Below are positions 54,961 to 64,000 of a stretch of DNA of 64,000 bases, one piece after another. The notes under the pieces are model-generated. The model ran no database searches. It had not been told where the DNA came from and saw only the letters and a program-made list of their open reading frames with translations. The stretch covers positions 3,844,001-3,908,000 of the forward strand of contig CM120643.1 of NCBI GenBank assembly GCA_051362555.1, written 5' to 3'. Every line of letters starts with the position of its first letter. Position 1 is the stretch's first letter. This DNA comes from Lingula anatina. Its lineage: Eukaryota > Animalia > Brachiopoda. Made by a program: the position numbers and the translations under genes.

Positions 54961-56435
54961 CTTAAAATTTCCCCGTGAACCACCACGACGAGTGACCAAG
55001 AAGATTTTAAACTTTGAAATCTTTTTACTTCTGAATATTTTGACTTTTATGCCTAGTTTTCGCTTTAAAAAAAGAGAAAGAAAATATCCCTGTAAAAGTC
55101 ACCTTTGTCGAACCAGATAAATAGAAATGCAGTCAAAATTTTAATGGAAGCCTTAGACACGCATATTTTTACATCATAATCATAACCTAATATCTTAAGC
55201 GTGCGATTTTCATCCAAAAGCTGAGACGTCATATGCAGTGCATCTCTGAGGCGCGTTTACTATCTATTTTTCACTTGTGGAAAGATTGTGTTAGTGCAGA
55301 AAAAAATTCTTTCACACCAGATGACAACTGAAAACTTTAATAAGATTTTTTAAGCATCATTTATTATCATTAAGATCATCATCATTACAAATCTCTGATA
55401 TGAACATCACTTCCGGCCAGTCTTATATTACTTCAAGGAACCTAATTTGCATATAAGAGAAAAAATGCATTTTTTTCTGATTTTGGTTTGTTTCCAATTT
55501 TTTCATTACTTTCAAAAAGTAATGTCCCTTTAAGCTCACAAATCGGGACACTTTTGAGTCATATGTACTGATCGTAAATTGTGTAATTAGAAATAATTTT
55601 TTTTATATCACTGACGTGTATCACGTTTTCACTCCACAGCCATAAAACTCGTTGATTGCTGCATGGGTATAAAAGTAGGTCAATTGCCTGTATAAAATTG
55701 CCATACGATTATTGATTTTTTAGTATGGACCGTTTTACGGGGGAGACAGAAGTGGAAAATGTATCAAGATGCCAGCAAAATATTTCGGTTGCATAGGGTT
55801 GGTGAAAGGCAGAGTATATTGAGAACTTTTAAAGAAAAGAGTTAAACTAGCCCACATCTCCAGCTTCAACACGTAGGACTTTATACATGGCACGGTTCCT
55901 CTCTATTTCATCTGACTCTCCCTAAAATTTTTCGGACCGCGTTAACTGTTCAGCTCCCGGGAAGCGCGAGCATCCAGCGTGGTGGCAGACGCTGAGCTCT
56001 GCAGACGGCACATTGCATTCACACAAATGGGGGTAAAGGTTTTCTGGGGGAAATGCTGTATTTTATTACATCTGACGAATTACGTGATAGAGGGAGGAAA
56101 ATTGACTTTTTTAAAATTTATATTGACTAAATGTAATACAAGACACTGATATTTCTTCTCAAAATTGACAGAATAAAGAAACGCAAAAGGATATAACCTA
56201 TATCCCCTTACATGGCATATCCTATCCGTGAACTTGATCTACGTTAGTTTTCACACTCCTACACACGCTGAGTTTGTATGGTATCAGTAGAAAGGGGGCG
56301 TATGGGGGGGGGGGGGGATTTTGATTTAAGTATGGCGTTATGGTTTTACTGAGTCATGTTTTACTCATGTTATATTTTATACAATAGATCATTTTATTTT
56401 AAAAGGATAGACCTGATCTGAGAGCGTTGGTAACG
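54961..56435 (+). repeat. Dispersed direct duplication, copy B (partner 6925-8526)
   Basis: Colinear with copy A, including the terminal poly-G and gagagcgttgg.aacg. Confidence 0.9.
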
Positions 56436-56675
56436 TTTTTGGGACGAGAAAAGTAAAGAGATTTAGCTACTTCGAGCACATATTTCAAAGCGTACTGTGT
56501 GTAAAAGAGATAAAAATATCGTACCGCAGCAGGGTGTTTTAAAAGATTTTAAATCCTTTAATCATTTTGAAAAATGACAGAAAAGGAATTGTGTTAAAAA
56601 AGAAAGTTGCCGCTATTTACAGTACTTTTTATGATAATAGGCCTACATGTAACATGGCTATAGCAATAGTACAAC

Positions 56676-57086
56676 TAAGATAAGATAAAGTATTTATTCA
56701 GCCAATAAAAATATTTAGATATAAATATTGGCAATTGTTATCCTTTGAGAGATAAAACTAAGATAAAACACTGGACAATAAAAAAAATTATGAACTAGGC
56801 CTAAAAGTGGAATTAAAGAGAGACAAAAAACTACTTAAAACCATTTACTGCCCTTAAAAGTCAGAAGTCTGCTGGATAAAAAATTTGAAAAGAGAACTTT
56901 TTAGGTGGGTGGGATCCCCACAATTCGTTTTGTTGTTTTCTCCATTCTGTCTTTCAAGATATCATCCAATTGAGAGAGATCTCTCCCAACTGGATGATAT
57001 CTTGAAAGACAGAATGGAGAAAACAACAAAACGAATTGTGGGGATCCCACCCACCTAAAAAGTTCTCTTTTCAAATTTTTTATCCA
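56676..57086 (-). mobile_element. 5'-truncated LINE 3' end (L2/CR1/Rex-like) with a fold-back inverted duplication
   Basis: The minus strand reads roughly LDDILKDRMEKTTKRIV.dPTHLKSSLFKF and ends aataaa-tactt(tatct)n. 56873-57086 is a 214-bp palindrome. Confidence 0.6.
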
Positions 57087-57859
57087 CTAAAAGCTGTAAA
57101 TATTTTACCGGTGGCGCTAATAACGTTGGAGTGTTTTCCCCGTTCCTCCACTGTAGCCACCAGATGCAATAAACGTTTTAAAAATACTCTCAATGTTACA
57201 CGTATAAGAGTTAATTAAAACGGGCTCATTATCTGTAAAAGTTGCAAGTGATCTAGAAAGCCGCTTTTGCCTAAAGCAAGTTTACTTTTCAAGTGAATTC
57301 CTAGGAGTTTTAACTATAGGCCTATATCTATTGGATTTAAACATGAAAATACTGGAATATAAAACCGAAAGTGTTGTCCGTAATTGAACCATATGGTAGG
57401 GTATATGTGTGCGAGCATGAGTGTTCATGAATGTATTTGAATGAAGTTAAAAGTTTGTACCATGTATTGTTTATTTCTTTGGTTTAATAGAAAAAAATTG
57501 AAAAAAGAATCTGATAAAAAAATTAATTAAAAGAGTCCCACTGGGTATTTTGTTACCAGTTAAAGCCACTTTTTATTTCCCTGAGATGCGTGAAATGTCC
57601 ATATTATTTAGCATGATCCATGAAGCACCTCATTCCTGTGGCTCGTAAATGCGGCTTTTTGTTCTTTGCCCTTCGTGAAATAAAGTCTTGTAATTTTCAG
57701 GATTTTCAACTAGCATTGTTGGTGTGATATACATAAAGTTTTGTTTACTGTGATTTGTAAATTAATGATTTTATTTCCTGTGAACTGTGATCACCCCTCC
57801 CTAATGGTACCCTCAATTAAGAAAAGAAAGAAAAACAAAACTCATTTGATTACAAAAAT

Positions 57860-60800
57860 TTAATATCTTATTGAAAAATTAAGAGAATGACATTTTGCAG
57901 GTTTTAACTGGCTTCTACAGAGGCAATGATAGTTCTGCATTGACGACCCTGAAAAATAAAAGTTGAAAATATTAAAATATTATTCAGTTAAAATGTGTAT
58001 TCAGTTAAATATAGTGTAAATAGATGTTGACAGTAACTCTACAACCACCAGCTCTTTGCTACTATCATATAATTACTGCTTTCATGTAGGCTACTGTTTG
58101 ACATAATTTTCCTCTAAAAAACTGAAAGCTTACTTAGTTATGATACCATCAAAACAAAGAGACAAACAAAAAGAACTTCTCTGTAAATGTATAATAAATC
58201 TATTCTTTTAAAAATACTGTTGACTTTTCTTCATTTCTTAATGTCTGAAGTGTTTAGAATTATTTAATTAATTAATAATAATAATAATAATAATAATAAC
58301 CATTTATGTTCGTGCCCTCTGTCTGAAGCAAGACGTGAACAGATTCAATACCCTCCCTCACCTAGATGGGCCGCTATTCTTTGGAGCTAAAATGTATAAT
58401 ACAATATTACTTACTAAGAGGCAAAAGTATAAAATGTTCAATAAGTCAGTGCAACATCATATTTCATGTATGAAGCTTCAATGAAACACTTTTACCAGTA
58501 TTTAGAATAAACAAAATTGCCAAGTATCATTTTAATCTGGCCAAAAGTACAAACTGTGTTGGCACAACATAAGGAGAATGTGTGTGTGTGTGTGTACATG
58601 CACAATCACATTCCATCAGTGTAATAAATATTGACCCTACTATTCTATTGACCCTACTGTCTTACCTCTCTCCTTCACGTCTTCTGCTACAGTTGTTGTG
58701 TCATTGATACTGACTGAAGAAAAACAGGAAAACAAATTAAACATTTCATACCTGTGCACAACAAGAATTCAATACATTATTTAACATAGTCAAAGGCTCT
58801 GTTCTCACAACTTTTAGATCGATCTATCACCGCGGGGAGTCTCACTAGATTACTGTCAGATAATCCCCCTTAAGTGTCCGTCCCCGCCTACTACAAGCTT
58901 TAAGGGGTAATTAACTTTCGTGTCCGCCCGGCTGACAGCTATTTAGCGTGAACCCCCAGGGAGTTAGGTCGATCCAATGTAGGTCGATCTAATCTATGAG
59001 AATGGGGTGAAAGACCCATTCAAAGATATAGATCACTGAACAGTGAATTTGAACTCAGTGTTTGTGCATCAGTCTCCCCCTAAAGTCCATCTGTGTGTTT
59101 AGATTTTTAAGTGTGTTAAATGAATTCCTGTTAAGTTGTCCTAAGCTTACTGTCTTACCTTTTTCTTTGATGCCCTCAGCATCTGACACACTCTTTGTGT
59201 CTTTGATATTGGCTAAAGAAAAATGATATCTAATAAAAACTTGTGTGTGTGTGTGTTTGTGTGTGTACATGCACAATCACATGTCATCAATGTAATAAAT
59301 AGATCCCTATTCTATTGACCCTGCTGTCTTACCTCTCTCCTTCACGTCCTCTGTCACAGTAATTGTTGTGTCTTTGACATCAACTGAAGAAAAAAAAAAG
59401 GAACACAAGTTCAGCATTCCATGCCCATGCACAACAAGGATTCAATACCATAGTCAAAGATGTATTCAAAGATTTAGATCACTGAACAGGGAATAAAAAC
59501 ACAATGTTTGTAAGGGGCGGATCTAGAGAGATTTTCTGACAGTCTTGCAAATTATGTTTGTTGATCCATCCTCCATTGTGGACTGTCTTCTGACAAAAAA
59601 ATTAAATCCCCATCAATGGAAACTTGAAAAATTCTGACCATCTTCCCGGAAGACCCAGAAGATGGCCTCAATTTGCCCCTGTTAATGTCTGAGAGCCTGT
59701 TTGTGTGTGTGTACATTTTTTAAGTGTGTTAAATGAACACCTGTTAAATTGATCTTACTGTCTTACCTCTCTCCTCACTGCCCTCAGCATCTGACACACT
59801 CTTTGTGTCTTTGATATTGGCTAAAGAAAAAATGATATCTAATAAAAACTTGTGTGTGTGTGTGTTTGTGTGTGTACATGCACAATCACATGTCATCAAT
59901 GTAATAAATAGATCCCTATTCTATTGACCCTGCTGTCTTACCTCTCTCCTTCACGTCCTCTGTCACAGTAATTGTTGTGTCTTTGACATCAACTGAAGAA
60001 AAAAAAAAGGAACACAAGTTCAGCATTCCATGCCCATGCACAACAAGGATTCAATACCATAGTCAAAGATGTATTCAAAGATTTAGATCACTGAACAGGG
60101 AATAAAAACACAATGTTTGTAAGGGGCGGATCTAGAGAGATTTTCTGACAGTCTTGCAAATTATGTTTGTTGATCCATCCTCCATTGTGGACTGTCTTCT
60201 GACAAAAAAATTAAATCCCCATCAATGGAAACTTGAAAAATTCTGACCATCTTCCCGGAAGACCCAGAAGATGGCCTCAATTTGCCCCTGTTAATGTCTG
60301 AGAGCCTGTTTGTGTGTGTGTACATTTTTTAAGTCTGTTAAATGAACACCTGTTAAATTGATCTTACTGTCTTACCTCTCTCCTCACTGCCCTCAGCATC
60401 TGACACACTCTTTGTGTCTTTGATATCAGCTAAAGAAAAAATAATATTTTAATAATATTTTAATATTTAAAAATACAAACTTAACATTCCATATCTGTGC
60501 ATGTTCAAAAAGGATTCAGTAGGCCCATTCCACTTTGATGAAAACACATTCAAAGATTTAATTGACTTAAAAATAAATAAATTATCTTCTTTTACTAAGA
60601 TTCCACCCTTACCTAGTTCCTCAATGCTTAGGGTCTTAACAATTGCTATGTTATTCTCTTCTTTAGTATCACCTGAAAGAAAAGAATTGAATTTTAAGTA
60701 ATACCATTTATGTGAGTATGTTGGAGTATGTTGAAGACAAAAAGAAGTGTGTTAGTCTGTTAATCTGATTGTATTTAGTGAGTTTCCATGGAGTTAGTGC

Positions 60801-62143
60801 ACATTAGCTAGGTCTCCAAATTCATTGTCAACAGCCCCTGAGGATCCAGACTTGCACCCTGAGAGTCAAGATGTTGTTGTAATTTTATTTCATGAATCCT
60901 TCCTAAAAGATAAAAAATGCATCAAGTTGATTGAATAGAGCAATGGTGTGGACTTACCACTTGTGTGGACTTCAGGCTTGTACATGTAGTCCCACTCTGG
61001 AATAAGATGACACATTTATTTATTATTTACAAGTTATGATATACACTAAAATAAAGTCTTAAATGTATTTGACAATATTAAAGGACCATTTCATCATTAT
61101 TCTACAGTTTTTTTATAGGATAGTGAGTAATCTTTTATTTCCAAATGTTGTACATGACAGATTTAAAAGGTTACGAGAATTATGAGTTCAAGCACCTTTT
61201 ATTTCCATGTCCAGTTCTTCCCAAGTACAGATCACTTCCATGCTGTCCTTAGTGGTCACCTGGAGGCACCTGTTCCTAAAGGGTTCAGGCTCCCATGTCC
61301 AGCCAGACCCAGGGTGGTAAGGCTGAATAAATTTAAAGAATGAATGAATGAATGAATGAATGAATGAAAAAACAAACAAATAAATAACTTAAAGATATGT
61401 TAATGTCTAAAATGAAAAATAAAATTTTACTAAGTCTAATATATACAATCACTGATAAATCAAATACACTAGAAGAAATGAATGAAGGTTTTAATAAATA
61501 CTTTTAAACGTATCAGACTTTAAATTTTCTTTTTCAATTTTAAAGAAAATCATTTTTACCTGAGATCATTATTTTTTTGTAAAAAAAAAAAAAAAAAAAA
61601 AGTCTCATACTTACATTTTGTGGCTTAATGAATTTCCATTCTATATTTGAGCCCTTGGGCAGGAGAAACTCTGCCCTGAGGGATGGGACCCCCATATCAG
61701 TGAACCTTGACAGGTTCACACCTTTCTGGGGGTCCCATCCCCCGAGGGCAGTTCCCCTGCCCACCACTTTGGCCTTTAAATAGTTGTTGGTTAAGAAAAC
61801 TCTTACAGTGGCCTTGGCTGTTCAGAGTAAAAAGTAAAATAGAAAGAAATACATGTACTATCAATATATCGTTTTTAATATTTACATTACAGACACTCAA
61901 ACTGACCACTTAATTAATGTAAATAAAGAATATGATATCGTACTTTCTTATTATGAACAAATTAATTTTTTAATTTTTTTAATTTTTTAAAATTTATATA
62001 ACAACAAAAAATTGCAAGAGTAGTTTTAGGCCCGTTGTACTATAAAATACATACAGTCTGATTATACAAACAGTGAAACACGCACACAACTTACGAGCAC
62101 ACTGTTCTTCTTTATTTATTTCATTTTCCATATCAGCTATCAT
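57860..62143 (-). CDS. CBM20 (starch/glycogen-binding) domain protein with a micro-exon-encoded charged repeat tail, ~290 aa; last exon uncertain
   Basis: GT-AG exons 62143-62095, 61817-61615, 61322-61196, 60996-60958, 60672-60613, 60429-60376, 59992-59942, 59820-59767, 59383-59333, 59212-59159 and 58713-58666 join in frame with no stops. Candidate last exon 57948-57860. Protein has VVGRGTALGGWDP...LPKGSNIEWKFI...WTWEPEPFRNRCLQV...ICTW, the CBM20 signature. Confidence 0.8.
58795..59009. mobile_element. Intronic MITE with degenerate TIRs
   Basis: Absent from the paralogous intron (catagtcaaa|gatgtattc, ~59450). ttctca...ttagatcgatcta is inverted to taggtcgatctaa..tgagaa. Possible AAA TSD. Confidence 0.55.
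59171..60429. repeat. ~609-bp near-identical tandem duplication, each unit holding two micro-exons and a MITE (59512-59680, 60121-60289)
   Basis: ccctcagcatctgacacactc at 59173, 59781 and 60390; the intervening intron sequence is essentially identical. Confidence 0.95.
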
Positions 62144-63326
62144 CTGCAATATGTTCAATAAATTAAAGAAATCGTGTTAACGGGATACTAGAATTCTGTA
62201 TCTTTATTTGGTATAGTTTGTAATGTAAACTTCATTTGTACCATTACCAGAATGATCAGCAAATCGTCATGTGACAAGAAATTTTTAAGAATTTCATTTA
62301 AAATATGAATTAATCACATAAAAAATCATGAATGACGGATAAAAAGGCGCAGTGTGGGCTTACATAGAACTTGCTACAGAATTTCAGATTTGAATAAAAA
62401 ATAAAACTAACCAGCGACTGTGTAGACATTGTCTCTTTGCTTTGTTTACTAAAACAATAAACAGGAATAATTATTGTATAAAAGAATTTCATTGGAACCT
62501 GTTGCTGATATTGGTCGTCAGTCCTTTACAAATCCTAAGTCTCACCTCTTGCACAGCGCCATCTATACTCAACAATTTTTATATGGCGTGGGCAAAGGGT
62601 GACGCTGAAAAGCCCGAATTTTCATCAAACGTTCTGCACACTGAGTTTCACCATACATCAGGACACTTTTCTTAGATGATTTTGTTATAGATTCTATTGA
62701 CAAACTTAATCGGTGAATTCAGGATGAGACATCTAAAGTGACGGATACATATGGTATCGACTGTGTCAGTTGTTCACTGTTCACATCACGATGCAATGTG
62801 CTGGTGAAGATTTTACAAAATGCTTCAGAATGTTGACGCTGCAGATTAAAAGTGTTTTTGGAGAACTGACACGATTGCAAGCCGTCATCTACTTCAACTT
62901 TTCCATTCTCTTTTCTTCTGAAATTACCCAATGGCTTATGAAGGTGAGATAATTAATTGGAGAGCTGACGTTATGCCTTCTAATATAATTTTTATTTTAA
63001 GTGGGCATTTTTCTTTTTTCTTTTGAGTCATCTGTCGAAATAGTAATATATGAACTTAACTATGAACAACTAAAACTTCCCATGGAGTGTCCACTTACGT
63101 GAACTAGCACTACCATCCCGAGTTTCAGAAAGCACCATAAACCCACCTCTTTATTATCATTACTGGTACAGTGTATGCTTCAGCTTTGACTTACAACAAT
63201 ACTTTTTTTGGTAAATTTATTTTATAAATTATTTCTTTGCATTTTATTTGATGTAATTCTAATATTCTGGATCTTGAGGAAAAACCCTAGTCATTGACTT
63301 TTTTTTGTCTTTTCCAGTCCATCATC

Positions 63327-64000
63327 TGACTCCACACTACACTGTACTAGGAGGCACAGGATTATACTGCCACAATGGAACATAATGACTCCAGACTACT
63401 ACACTGTACTGGGAGGCACAGGACTATACTGCCACAATGGAACACAATGACTCCAGACTACTACGCTGTACTAGTAGACACAGGACTATACTGCCACAAT
63501 GGACAACAATGACTCCAGAATACTACACTGTACTAGGAGACACAGGACTATACTGCCACAATGGAACACAATGACTCCAGACTACTACACTATACTAGGA
63601 GGCACAGGACTATACTGCCACAATGGAACACAATGACTCCAGAGTACTACACTGTACTAGGAGGCACAGGACTATACTGCCACAATGGAATACTGACTCC
63701 AAACTAAAATGCTGCACTAGGAGGCACAAGACTATACTGCCACAATGGAACACAATGACTCCAGACTACTACACTGCACTAGGAGGCACAGGACTATACT
63801 GCTACAATGGAACACAATGACTCCAGACTACTACACTGCACTAGGAGGCACAGGACTATACTGCCACAATGGAACACAATGACTCCAGACTACTACACTG
63901 TACTAGGAGGCACAGGACTATACTGCCACAATGGAACACAATGACTCCAGACTACTACACTGTACTAGGAGGCACAGGACTATACTGCCACAATGGAACA
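63327..64000. repeat. 62-bp minisatellite, ~11 copies, runs off the window
   Basis: Unit ctccagactactacactgtactaggaggcacaggactatactgccacaatggaacacaatga. Confidence 0.95.

Noticed and set aside
63317-64000. Coding repeat exon after a strong acceptor
   Set aside because: The 62-bp unit is not a multiple of 3 and the frames hit stops.

Overview
AT-rich, intron-containing eukaryotic DNA. The repeat families suggest a marine invertebrate (inference). Most of the window is transposon-derived. Two features stand out, and the ORF track shows neither intact. (1) A ~9.9 kb decayed helicase-carrying Academ DNA transposon (AcademH-type, ~28000-37858). It has a spliced RecQ-like SF2 helicase on + converging on a multi-exon DUF6589/Academ-type DDE transposase on -, and the transposase carries an inserted C2H2 finger. 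(2) A minus-strand host gene (57860-62143) that splices cleanly into an N-terminal CBM20 starch/glycogen-binding domain. This is followed by eight frame-preserving phase-1 micro-exons of 39-60 nt, amplified by recent tandem duplication, with no catalytic domain. The rest includes self-nested non-autonomous Helentron (HINE/DINE-1-like) elements carrying satellite arrays, a CACTA element with a GAA TSD, and a Gypsy remnant. There are also P-element-like and LINE remnants (one with a spacer-less 214-bp fold-back), several MITEs, tRNA-like heads, minisatellites and a ~48-kb-spaced dispersed duplication. All calls come from manual reading; no database searches were run.
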